Source: Octopus sinensis | Lineage: Eukaryota | Assembly: GCF_006345805.1 (NCBI RefSeq) | Contig: NW_021833246.1 | Span: 26,297 to 90,296, forward strand | DNA: 64,000 nucleotides | Direction of reading: 5' to 3' | Part shown: positions 51,008 to 64,000 of the stretch, piece by piece | Layout: every line of letters starts with the position of its first letter | How positions within the stretch are numbered: the first letter of the stretch is position 1 | Made by a program: the position numbers and the translations under genes | The notes under the pieces: generated by a model | The model's database searches: none | What the model was told of the DNA's origin: nothing | What the model saw: only the letters and a program-made list of their open reading frames with translations

Positions 51008-51359
51008 ATTAAATAATTAAATTTAGAAAAATTAGAAGAAAAGTTTTTTTAAGGGAATATTTCTATAGTAGTGTTCAGATATAAGTGGCATTCTGCTTTT
51101 CTCTGACTCCCTTATTTGCACTTGTGTGTTGTATATATGCATATATACATCCATGCACACATACACACACATACATACATACATACATACATACATGTAT
51201 ACATACATACACACATACATACACACATACATACTTACACACAAGTGCAAACAAGGGAGTCAGAGAAAAGCAGAATGCCACTTATATCTGAACACTACTA
51301 TAGAAATATTCCCTTAAAAAAACTTTTCTTCTAATTTTTCTAGAATTTAATTATTTAAT

Positions 51360-51407
51360 CGTTACAGTTGAAAAGGTCTCAAAATGACCGAAACCGGTAC
51401 TGAAATG
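51360..51407 (+). ncRNA. Minimal hammerhead ribozyme (U3-A8 variant), copy 2
   Basis: Identical to 3905-3952 except for one base in loop II (tcaaaat vs tgaaaat). Confidence 0.7.
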
Positions 51408-51524
51408 TTCACTATAAAATTATTATAGCATTTTCTATTTTGACTTATTTTTACATATATATCAACTCGTGTGTTCCTTTCCACCCTTATACATTATAAT
51501 ATATATATATATATATATACTATA

Positions 51525-51596
<72 letters not shown>

Positions 51597-51643
51597 TATA
51601 CATATAATAATATTCATATATAATATATATATATTTATGTAAA

Positions 51644-51713
<70 letters not shown>

Positions 51714-52659
51714 CATAAGTGACAGACTGTAGATGATTCGATGTAAATATATATATATAATTGTACATGGAATGTCATCTAGAAAACTGACCGATTTGGC
51801 AGACTGGGGATATGCATATAAATGATGATCAATACCTATGCGCCGTGTATATATCTATATAAGATGTAATATTTCTGAATAATACGATACTAACAACACA
51901 TTCTGAATTAATAATCATGATAATTCATTATATCATATGAATACGGTCATGCAATATAAGGTCCAATTTACCGGGTTGGTCGAACAAATACTTCACAATA
52001 AATTATTGAAAATTTCAGAGTGATGTGACGTATGTCAGCCTCATTACTGTAAGGAAATTATTTAAATAGTGCAAAAATGTCATCACCTAGATTGGAAAGC
52101 TCATGCAGCCAAATATAAATCAAATGTTGTATTGTTAGTAGAAAGGCAAGTTAATGAGGATAAGCGGGATGCAGAGTATACAGGTGTATGTGTGTGCGCA
52201 TAGGCATACGTAGTGCCGTTCATTGTGATTTGAAATAGTAGAAATTAATGAAATTATTAACAGACTATAAAGGCAAGCTGTATATAAAGTAAAAGGAATG
52301 TATATAAAATCGTTGAAAAAAAAAAATTACATCGTGAGTATGAGAACGAATGGTTTTAGAACTTTCAGAATTTCTAGATAAACCCTCAGAAGACATCATC
52401 CGTATTCTTCTTTAATCAATCATAAAATTCTGTAGAAAATTAATTAAGCTTGCAATTTTAAGGTTAGCCATATTTATATATCTATGGTTTTATGAGATTT
52501 TGATTAATTAAAGAATATATATTTTATCCATATGACAGATTGAGTAAGTAGAACGAAACTGAATTTGAATATTACGACGTCTATTTTGTGGAAAGTGAGT
52601 GGGACGTAAGCATATTAATCCTATCTTATATATCATGTGTGGATTAGTACATATTTCTG

Positions 52660-52786
52660 TGCGCGTGTGAATTAGTTTGAAGTTCGGGAAGGAAGGAAAA
52701 TACTTTAAGGTTTTGAGCACTACGCTCTTTGTCAGAAAGAATTGAGAGGAAAAAAATGGAAGAAAATTATAATGATGATAATAATG

Positions 52787-52790
<4 letters not shown>
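52660..52790 (-). mobile_element. Penelope-like pLTR fragment with a decayed minimal hammerhead
   Basis: The reverse complement of 52703-52739 is CTTT-CTGACAA-AGAGC(gtagt)GCTC-AAAAC-CTT-AAAG, the same architecture as 27144-27179 with core substitutions. Confidence 0.5.
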
Positions 52791-52837
<47 letters not shown>

Positions 52838-53120
52838 TTGATATATACATACATACATACATCAATAGATACATATGTCTTTACTTTTATATGCGTTGTC
52901 TAATCAACATGTAATCGACACGCATATATTTGTATGTGTATGTGTTCAGCTTTCATCGTATTAGCGACGTCCTTAATTCCTCGTCTCTACAAACATTTTT
53001 ACCCTTTTATAATATCAGTATATTCATTTTAAATCTAATAACCCTAATTTTTCCGATTTCAGTTCATCATTAAAAGAGTAAAAGTCATAGAAAGAACTGT
53101 ATAGCTTACTTTTAGCATTG

Positions 53121-53163
<43 letters not shown>

Positions 53164-53746
53164 ACTATACATATATATATATATACCATACATACATACA
53201 TACATACAACCTACATACATACATAATAACATATATATATATATATTATATATATGATATAGTTTTTTTATATATGATATATATATATATATATATATAT
53301 GTACACGCACACAAAATGTAGACAACAGCACATTACACAGCTAATTATCTTAAAAAGAAATACTTGAAATTTGGAGTTCAAATTTCGCTACTTTAAGTAA
53401 ATCTGATTGCTTTTTACATCTCTTGTGTGTTTCAAATATATTTTCTGGTGGTATTTTTACCAACCAGTATGTCATTTTTCAGAGTGTAAATAGGTTTATT
53501 TATATCTTTACTGCTATGCTTATTTTCGACGGCTATCTTCGTGAAAACTTATCTGAACGTTTAATGTGTACTTCTTTTGGAGTAAAAGTCTTAAACATAC
53601 ATGTATCTAAGCTTCATTCGTCCATTTGTTTGCTAAATCTTATTCTCACAACCAACCCTATACTTACATATACGCACGCATATATACAGGTACGTATACA
53701 GGGGGAGAAACATATAAGTATATATATAATATATATATATTTATAT

Positions 53747-53789
<43 letters not shown>

Positions 53790-54003
53790 ATATATATATG
53801 TGTGTGAAAGCATATTTGTGCATATGTATACACATATACAAAGAAGATCGATGGTGAGATATAGATTTATACATAGATATTGTATATATATATATATCTG
53901 TAAAATGTCTATGATATTATTTTCGTTCTAAAACATATCAACTTATTACTTTTCGTGATTTCCCCGTAGTCTCAACACATTTTTGCCACGTGATCAAACA
54001 TCT

Positions 54004-54037
<34 letters not shown>

Positions 54038-54090
54038 ACCACTTTGACAAACTCTCAAAAATATGCCTTCCTGTATTCTTCCAGTTATAC

Positions 54091-54151
<61 letters not shown>

Positions 54152-54915
54152 TGTAGACAATATTTAGTGATCCTGTCTGCCTTCAACATTGAGCGAAACT
54201 ATCCGTGTCTTAGTTCATAAATTATAATACATTATTATTTATTATGCCATAACATCGTTTTCCATAAATCTAGCAGTAACCTGTATTCAATTCATAGAAC
54301 ATACTTACCCTTTCTGTAGCAATAACATTTCGAAGATCCACAACAACATACGTTTGTGTGGCTCAATTAGGCGCCAAAGTTTGCTGGAAATAGTAGTCGA
54401 TAACCGCACGACGCCATCTAAAACTTTACTGAATGTGTACACTGTCAAACATGTGTACGGGCAAAGAATATAAAAAATTTCGTCTCACCTCTGTTAGATG
54501 GACAACCTACTACTCGAGTTTCGGATTTTCCTAATGCGCTTGTTTTCGTAAATTCGATTAGCCCTCACCAGGTAGATGATACGACACACACAGGTAGATG
54601 GATAAGCAGATTGCTTAAGGGGCTACGTTAAGTGATTTGCTCATACTTTTACATACTTAAGGTGACGACTAGACCGGAAGGTACATGACGTCCTTCAGCA
54701 AATGCATCTTCTGACGTTCCCCACCACAGTAATCTGATAAAGGGTTTTTAAAAACCGTGTGCATGTGCACTTTCCACGCTAATGTTTGTCAAATGATTCA
54801 TTCATTGAAACGAAAAATGTTCCCGTCTTCTGCATAGGAACTTAAATTAGTATACTCATTCTACCTGTAAATACACCTAAACCCATGGTTTCAAGACACT
54901 GTTTCATATTGTGAG

Positions 54916-54963
<48 letters not shown>

Positions 54964-55197
54964 AGTGCATGTATATGCATATATATATATATATATGTAT
55001 ATAAATAATATATATGCAAATATACATACATACATATATAAATATATATACACATAATGTATGTTTATGTATATGCATATATATATATAAATAATATATA
55101 TATGCATATATACATACATATATATATATACATATATGTATGTATGTGTATGCATGTATATATATATATATATGTATATATATAAATAATACATATG

Positions 55198-55251
<54 letters not shown>

Positions 55252-55674
55252 GCATGCATATATTATGTTTGTTTTCGTTCGGTTTCCTTGTACGTCTCCA
55301 CTGTTCTGTTTTTGTCACAAACTTTGACCTTCCACAAAATCCCAAGTTTATTTTGGCTTCTGTGGGAGCAACTGCCTTCGAAGTCTCATATTTTCATTTA
55401 ATGCTGGAAATCAGGAGTAGTAATTGGACAGCCTACAACTGATGAATGGTCATTCTTTAAGTTACTTGTCTTTATTTCATTGATCTTGCAAATTCGATCT
55501 CGGTCGTATTTCAATTCATGTAGTACGCAGTGTGTCAGAATAAGTTACACTAACTATTTCTTTTGGACTATCCATTTTGCCAGTTCACCAACTTATTACA
55601 CACATATATAATATTTGCTTATGAATGCTCTGAAGATTCATCTTTTGCAAAATATTGTAAATATTACCAATAAA

Positions 55675-55885
55675 AGAGGGTGGCGAGCTGGTGGAATGGT
55701 CAGCAAACAGGGTAGGTAAAATGGTTACTAGAATTTCATCTGTGTTTACGATCAGAGATCGATTTCCACCGAGGTCGAGTTTGCATTTCATCCATTCAGA
55801 GTCGATAAAATAAGTTGGATTTGAGTACTAGGGTCGATATAATCGACCTACTCGCTCCCCAGAAGATGCTGGTCTTGCGCCAAAA
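55675..55885 (+). mobile_element. SINE family B
   Basis: gagggtggcgagctggtggaatgg...ccaccgaggtcgagtttgcatttcatcc...gtcgataaaataag. Confidence 0.75.
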
Positions 55886-56299
55886 AATCCGAAACCTATA
55901 TTTAAAATGCCAATCAGACGGTAAACTATTGGCGATATGGCACTTACCAAAATACTTCAAATATTTTATATGCATCAATATACGTCTTTCATCTACTTAG
56001 TAAATTATATTTCATAGCGCACGCTCACACCTACGCTTAATTTCTGTATTTCAATTAAATAAAGTACCTACTGTTAATTTAGCGTGTAAATGTCATAGCC
56101 TTGTACCGTTACGTGCAGCCATGGTATGGCTTTGAGATTGAATCAGTGTGACATAGTCTGTGACAAGGTTAACCTCTTTGAGTTAAATGTACAGTCCATC
56201 TAACAGATAGCTGTATAATATCAGCCTACCCAGGTGACCTCACGAAGTATTAGTGGGACCCAGACCGTGCAAAATTGCTTTCCTCCAGTACGGGTATGG

Positions 56300-56349
<50 letters not shown>

Positions 56350-57542
56350 GTGTGTGTGTGTGTGTGTGTATGTGCGCGCGGTGTTTTGGGATAACGGTAA
56401 TTAGAACACTTATCTTGTGTTTTCAGGATATTTGTTTTGAGAGCCAGGACGTAGTTGACAATATTACAAGCATTTTACTGAAGAGCAGATTATATGTTTC
56501 GTTTCTGTAGTCGCTTTGCAATATTCTAGATATGAATTCGTGTGTTGAAACAGACCTTGTTGTTTCTTCGTAGGGTCATTATGCCAAAATTTAAAAAAAC
56601 ACACGCATAGCAACATCGTACGTTTTAGTCTTCCTGCCTGGTATTCCTTAGTCTGAGACTTCTTACAGCGGAATTAATGTATTTCGTTAGCAAAGACGAA
56701 CTGTTGGGTGTTTATTAAGATATTTCTAAACAGCGCAACACAGTATTCCTCAGCGTCTTCCTAGCTTGGACAGAGATTAGTTAATTTTGGTTTGCATTTT
56801 GGCATACAAGATTCTTGATGTGAATTCGTGTATTGAAACAAATCTTGTGTTTTGGTCTCTCCGTGTGTGCATGTGTGTGTATGGGGTGGTGGCAATCATA
56901 ACATCACACTCAAAAAGTGATATTGAAACAGTGTGTGTGGTTAATTATCAGTAACGTAATAATTCTGCCAAGACACATCATATACATATAATATATGAAT
57001 ATATATTACCTCAAATCTCTGAATGTATAAACGGCATAAAAATTAACTGCTTTCTTAATCTGTAATATAGGCATTCATTTAACAGAAGCTCTTTATATAC
57101 AATTCGTTTTGATGCCTACAGTACCAATATATAATACCATGAAATATAATCTCTTTTACTGGTGCCCAGGTGTTCAGACGTTCCTATAAAAGAGTACCAC
57201 CATTATGTTAGTTTAAATTAGAGAAGCGTTATATTGCAATGGCGGACTTATTTCTTTAATATTATATTGACCAATGACAAGCCAAACCTGCTTCTGTATA
57301 TGTATATGTATTCAATTTTGTAAGTGTGTATATGCGTGTTATTGATATGTATGCAATTGTGTACATTTTTTATAGTTTGGTGTACATAAAATGAAGATAT
57401 ATGTACACAAATATGTGTATATAAATATCTATATTTACGAATGCATCTATCTATTTATCTATCTATCTTCTGTCTTTCTGTCTGCCTATCTTTCTGCCAC
57501 ATTCTCTGTACGTATGCGAGTACACGTCACATACATATATTA

Positions 57543-57592
<50 letters not shown>

Positions 57593-58037
57593 GGCATACT
57601 ATATATATATAGTCTGGTATTATATATCTATATATATATATATATAAATATATATATTTGTGTGCGTTAATCTAAACAAATATATACGGATGTGTGTGTG
57701 TATTCGTGTATTGGTTGTCTTAGAAATAACATTATTAGTAACTTTCCACTTTTACATAGTATGTCTTCTACTGTGGTTACATCTATATTAACAGATATGG
57801 CGTATCGTTGTGCATACAACGTTAGAGCCATTTACAGTGTTTTGCTGACACCACACAACCCCGCTACCAATGAGACTTATTGAAATGACATTTATAATAA
57901 CTACGGTAATATGATCATGCGCAGTAATAACAAGCAGTATAATGTTTCGTATCGTTTTGTGTAAATTAAATATATTTTGCGAAGAAAATAATAATAATAA
58001 AAATAATAATAATAATGATGATAATAATAATAATAGC

Positions 58038-58086
<49 letters not shown>

Positions 58087-58766
58087 TAATAATAATAATA
58101 ATAATTATAATAATGATAATAAATAATATAGAATAAAAAATAACAAACTTCAAAATTTGAAAACCGTAAATTAAAGAAGAAGAGGAATGGAATTTTGTAA
58201 AGATTAAAAAGAAAATTATATTACAAAGTTTTCTTTCGCTGCAGCAACAGCAACAAAAGAAAAAAACAAAACAAGTATACGAAAATGAATACAACTACGG
58301 CAGAACTGCCAGTAATAACTACAACTTTCTCATCTCAAATGATTACGGTAAACGGAGAAAAATTAAAAATGAATTTTAGAAAATTTGTTTTAAAGGGGAG
58401 TCAACTTTGACATTTTGTAATTCAGCGGGAAATAATAGGGTGAGACTGTAAAATGACAAAATATGAGATTTGCAATGAAGAGAAATTTAATTAGAGCTGT
58501 TTATTATTTTGCCTGCAATAAAAGACGATTGTGGTGGATGCTGAGAGATATAAGAGACATTGATAATATAATATGATTGCTGTGATAATATTTAGTCAAA
58601 TCACACAGCCTATCTGAAAACTAACTTCGCCGATAGTCTGTGAAAATAAAATAAAACAGTCTTTAAACAAATTCGGTAGGAGAGAACATAAAGTAATAAA
58701 ACGATATAATGTGCTCCTATGGCTCTCAGCATGTTTGTCTCTACCTCTGCGTGTATGCGCGCGAGG

Positions 58767-58817
<51 letters not shown>

Positions 58818-59169
58818 TGAGGTGTCTGACACCAACATATAGCAGTCGAAATTTGTATATAAAACCACATTGTGATTCATGTGACCATGGATAAGAAGAG
58901 GGACAAATATAAATATTGAATAATCAAGATTCAATATATATATGATGGATATATGTTGTATATAGTATTTTGTATGGTTTAAAAATGTGCTAAGAAACAA
59001 AAAGAAACAAATAGAAGGAAGAAACAGGTGAAGAAAAAAAAAGAAGTTCGTATTAGTTTAACGCTCAAAATAAATGGGGGAGTCTCTGATATTTCGAGCT
59101 TATGCTCTTGTACAGAAAAGCATAAGGAAAGAAAACAATAGAACAGAAAGAAAACAATGTACATAGAGT

Positions 59170-59201
<32 letters not shown>

Positions 59202-59351
59202 GGGGGGGAGGGGAGAGAATTGTTTTGGGGATAAGGATAAAACTTGGAACTGAAGTCTTCAGTATTTAAATTATTTATTATAAATCATTAATTGACCAAA
59301 TATAGATTAACATACATAGTCTATTGTTAACATGTGTCGATTAAATATATA

Positions 59352-59500
59352 TGTAGCCTAGTGATTAGAAAGTTACGATCAAAATCACTGGATGATGTGT
59401 TCGATTCCCTGATCGGCCAGCACATACTGTTCTTGAGCAAAACACTTCTTTTCACGTTCCTCTGCGATCATTTCGCCATCTGACATGTGGAATATTTGTG
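59352..59500 (+). mobile_element. Decayed CORE-type SINE 5' part
   Basis: tagcctagtgattag...ttcgattccctgatcggc...gttcttgagcaaaacacttcttttcacgtt. Confidence 0.6.
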
Positions 59501-60564
59501 CACCGCTAGAGAGGTTTCTGATGGGAGATAAGACGTTAACTAATACATTTGATTATATTAAAAGTACGTTTTCAAAGTAGCTGTGTTGATCACATTAGTG
59601 GTTATATCTATTAGTATATATAATATATGCATATATATATATATATAGTGTAATATATATCATTCATATATATATATACTTATATATATGAATGATATAT
59701 TGGTACACAGATAATCATAGATAGATATAACTACTTCGGGCACACACATCCACACGCACACGCTCATAACTACAACCAAAGAGTACGCACACACACCATC
59801 AGACATACGCGCGCACTCACAAACACACACATATATATAAATATAGATGCATATGTAAATAAAAGTGCATGCATTTGTTTATCTTATATGTGTATATTCT
59901 CTATGTTTAAACCGAATCAACTTTAATCATTCATCGCCGGTGAGGAAAGTTTCCAATGAAATAATGAGATGATAAGCCTGTACTGCTGAATATGAACTTC
60001 CCATTTTCTTTTCTGAGGTTATAATATGCACAACAAGAACACAATTCGCTCATCGACGATTAACCAATACTAAGCAGCGAACTAACGTATCACAGAAACT
60101 AGTTTCTAATCTAATGAAATATCTGATACAATTTGCAGACATTAAAGATAACAACTCATCGATTCCGATGAAGTTTGCATTTTCTATACAATCCCGTAGA
60201 ATTATTCCACCTGATATTTTATTTATATAAATTATATGCTTGTTCGTTAATCTTATTTTTTTTTTTCACATTCCTTGCATTTCGGCAACTTAGACATGCG
60301 TTTTGTTCTAATTCCGTATTTTTTTCTTTTTCTACTTGTATTAAGCGTATCCAAACCTGCGATTCAGATTTTATTTGCTTCCGTCATTAGACAGCGGTGC
60401 TGCTGTAGCATATCACTCGCACGAATCGACCCGAGTACGAGCTTTGTATTAAAGCCTAACATTTATTCTATAGATCTCTTTTGTTGAACCTTTAAGTTAC
60501 GGGGACATCACAAACACTTGTGCTGAATCTCTGGTGGAATACAAACACAGAGAGAATGCCGCAT

Positions 60565-60596
<32 letters not shown>

Positions 60597-60599
60597 ATA

Positions 60600-60770
60600 C
60601 GAAAGCTTCTTTCAGTTTCCGTCTACTAAATCCACTCAAACGGATTTGGATGGCCTGAGGTTATGATAGAAGACACATGCCGAAGATGCTACGCAGCGGG
60701 ACTGTACCCAGAACGATGTGCTTGGGAAACAAAATTCATACCCAACAAACACGCCTGCACCTGTAACTTT
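60600..60770 (-). mobile_element. SINE family C head
   Basis: gcttctttcagtttccgtctactaaatccactc...agaagacacatgccgaagatgctacgcagcgggactg. Confidence 0.75.
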
Positions 60771-61084
60771 CTACATGACCTGCATGTTTGTTTAAAAGTC
60801 TGAGGGCCCAAGTGGTTTATTTGTTCGCAACCATTGGAGTCATTGACGCCTGTCATTATGAGGATTATTTAGGTGGTGGGTTGATACAGTATCGGAAATC
60901 ATAATTCACTCTATTTATTACAGTTATTTAAGTCCTGAGTTCTAATCCTGCCAAACTAAACTTTTCCTCTCACGCTTTTTGTGTTTATGCAATAAATCAT
61001 AAATTAAGCATTGAGAGACTTCGCATCGACTTACAACTTCTTTTAAATCGTTTGCCATGTGCATAAATCAGAAGCGATTAATAT

Positions 61085-61280
61085 ATTGCTTTCAAGTTTT
61101 GATACAAGGCCAAAAAATTCGAGGGTTGGGGTTGCTCGATTATCTCGACCTTAGTGTGCAATTGGTACTTAATTTCTTAACCCCCGAAAGAATGAAGGGC
61201 AAAATGAACTTGGACGGAATTTGAACTCAGAGAGTAAAGACGAACGAAACGCCGCAAGCATATTTTTGTCCTGCGTGCTA
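61085..61280 (-). mobile_element. SINE family B
   Basis: ttttgatacaaggcc...cccccgaaagaatgaagggc...gcggaatttgaactcag-like...gctaacaattctgc. Confidence 0.75.
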
Positions 61281-61500
61281 ACAATTCTGCATGCTCGCGG
61301 ACTAAGGCCAGTGGCTTCAGGGGAGAGGGTGAGTCGATTGCAGCGCTGAACATATACTTATTTTATCGACCCCATCATCATCGTTTAGCATTATCTTCAT
61401 CATCTTTTTAATATCATTATCCATTAATTAATGGGGCAAACTGTAGATCAGTTAGCGCTTTGGACCCCAATGCTTCAGTACTTATACATACATACATAAT

Positions 61501-61569
<69 letters not shown>

Positions 61570-62149
61570 ACTAAGATTAAATGTATATAATCCAGTAATA
61601 GAGGAACTTTGACACTTCATAAACAACACGGGAAATATAAAGGTTCCTTTCAGTACTTAAATTAGCTTCTCCACAATAGAATTATTTTATTCCTTATAAA
61701 CTAACTCACATTAGCCATATACAAAAGGAAAAACAGAAGAATAACTAGACCACCCTAAGAGGAAAACAAAAACATGTTTGCTGGGTAAGAACTCACAAAA
61801 GCGAAATATTTCACCCTGGTAATATGTTTGACACTGACGTTCATAGAGAGTGTGGAGAAAGGATTTTCTAGTGCGCATGAGATTAGATATAAGGGAAGGC
61901 CTTATAGAGAACATGCGACTAGAATTTAGTCTTTCTCTGCCTTACGCTTTCCTACACAATCATATTGCACACACATAAAAACACACACACACGTATATTT
62001 GTATGTGCGCGTGCGCGTGTGCATATATGTGAGTTTGCGTGTGTGTGTATAATTTTTGAGGGCAGAAGTAAAAAAATGACTCAGTCGCTGAAAGTTTCAA
62101 GATAGGGTGTTTATTGTATATGTAATCGGCAAGTTTTTCGTAATATTTA

Positions 62150-62254
62150 TCCTACTTTACTACTAAGTTACGGGACGTAAACTCACAAAAAGTTTTGTCA
62201 AGCGATGCTGACGGAAAAAACACAGACACAAATATATAAATACATAATATATTA

Positions 62255-62315
<61 letters not shown>

Positions 62316-62458
62316 CGGCTTCTTTCAGTTTCCGTCTAACAAATCCAGCACAAGTTTCGATTGGCCCGAGGCTATAGTAGAAGACACTTGTCCAAGGTGA
62401 CACGCATGGGGACTGAACCCAGAACGACGTGGTGGGAAGCAAACTTTTTACCATACAT
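62150..62458 (-). mobile_element. Bipartite SINE family C (head, (TA)n, tail)
   Basis: The head (62312-62458) and the tail (62150-62230) are reverse complements of the 10968-11358 family. Confidence 0.8.
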
Positions 62459-62979
62459 ACATATGTATAATACTGCTTATCAATATACGTTTATAAAAAT
62501 ACAGGATGAGAGAAAGAGAGAAAGGAAAAAAAGGGAGGGAGTGAGAGAGACAGAGAAGTTGATAACAGCAAAGGATGCGAAGAAAGTGAATTAAGAGTCT
62601 GGCACACACTTTGATAAAATATTTGAGTAAATATTTAAGTATATGTATATATCTACGTACATTTTTTTATTCTTCCGTTTGAGCTGAATACAGGTAAAAT
62701 CAAATTGTATTATTGTATGTAGTTAATGTTGCATGTTATATGTAGGTAACTCTATCATTTATTAATGCGTAATCTCATTTTGTATAAGGGCATCTGACAT
62801 AGCATATGAATCTGTCCATACACCTGTAGTTCTGTAGATATATATGCTAGAGTGTATATTTCTACTTCAAAATACATATATATATGTGTGCTAACGTGTG
62901 TTCACAGGAAGAAATGAATATATGTACGAAATGAGATGTCCTTTTGTATTTCTCCACATATATATGTTATATGTGTGTT

Positions 62980-63041
<62 letters not shown>

Positions 63042-64000
63042 TGTGTGTGTGTTTTGTCGTCGTTTGTTTACATATTTAACGTGTAAGCAATCTGATTGAG
63101 TTTGTTTTCCGTGTTGTCTCCGAAGTCTTTTCTATAATTTAGTGTTGTTTCTTTTGTTCCACGTTTCCTCTTCATTATATTGTAATGTATAACATGAAAC
63201 TAAATACCAACTGCGTTAGATGTATATATATATATATATATATAGATATATATATTATATATATATATATATATAAATATATGTTTATATATCTATATTA
63301 TATATATATATATGTATGTATATATAATGTATACATATATATGTATGTCTGTACTATATTGTGTGTGCATACAGGTGTGTATATAATATATATATATATA
63401 TATATATAATATATATAATAATATATATATATATATATATATAGGTGTATATATATGTACATATATACATATGTAAATATATATATATAGAGAGAGAGAT
63501 TGAAAGAAAGAGAGAGATAAATAGATAGATATAGATATGTACATATATATATATGTATGTATATATATATATATTTATGTGTGTGTGTGTTGTATACGTG
63601 CGTATGTTTATGTGTGACATAGTGGATATTCATGTGCATATGTAAAATTAATATTCCTATACAAAGACATTTATAAGCATCAATTGGTGTGTGTGTTTGC
63701 TTGAGTGTGTGTGTGTTTGCTCGTGTGTGTGAGTTTGTATGTGCCTTGCTGTAAGCGGTGGTGAGTCTGTTTGTATAAGATAAACACAAAAAGGAAAGAT
63801 AACGGCTCAAAAATTTTTGACATGACAATGTAGCATAATATATTCAACAAAGATAAACTATAAGCGACATGGGAATAGCCGAAAAGCAGATAACGTGAAC
63901 GAAATCAAACATAAAATACAGAGGAAAACGTTGCAAAGTTCCGAATGTGATAAAAGGGTATGAAAATGTGTTTTACTTATAGTAATATTACATGTTATAT

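Larger units (their letters stand above)
50911..51495 (+). mobile_element. Fold-back Penelope-like pLTR element, family P-A copy 2 (arms 50911-51129 and 51237-51456; loop holds a copy of local DNA)
   Basis: Same sequence family as 3577-4040, with the same tail ending ACCCTTATACAT. Confidence 0.85.

Noticed and set aside
54309-54383. Possible 75-nt minus-strand exon (KLWRLIEPHKRMLLWIFEMLLLQK)
   Set aside because: The donor is good but the acceptor is weak, it is isolated and no homology is recognised, so it is within chance expectation.
55400-55460. CTGATGA with an upstream GAAA (possible permuted hammerhead)
   Set aside because: I could not form stems I and II convincingly.

Overview
AT-rich, microsatellite-saturated eukaryotic non-coding DNA. 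By inference from the SINE families and repeat density it is most likely a coleoid cephalopod (Octopus-like) intron or intergenic region. Nearly all listed ORFs are translations of simple repeats. Recognisable content: many tRNA-derived SINEs of at least four families; one full-length decayed Tc1/mariner; a Helitron-like non-autonomous element; and fragments of RLE-type (R4/Dong-like), Tx1/L1-like, RTE-like and Penelope-like (GIY-YIG) retroelements. The standout is four fold-back (near-perfect hairpin) insertions from three unrelated sequence families, at 3.6, 22.2, 35.3 and 50.9 kb. Each has a (TA)n-abutting left arm and an asymmetric right tail ending in ACCCTTAT. Two of them carry an apparently intact minimal hammerhead ribozyme with a compensatory U3-A8 core pair. 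Their arms co-vary within each copy, and one has a copy of neighbouring genomic DNA in its loop. A repeat-free island at 14.4-15.3 kb has the splice-signal pattern of an unrecognised micro-exon gene. No known host gene could be identified with confidence. All alignments were done by eye.
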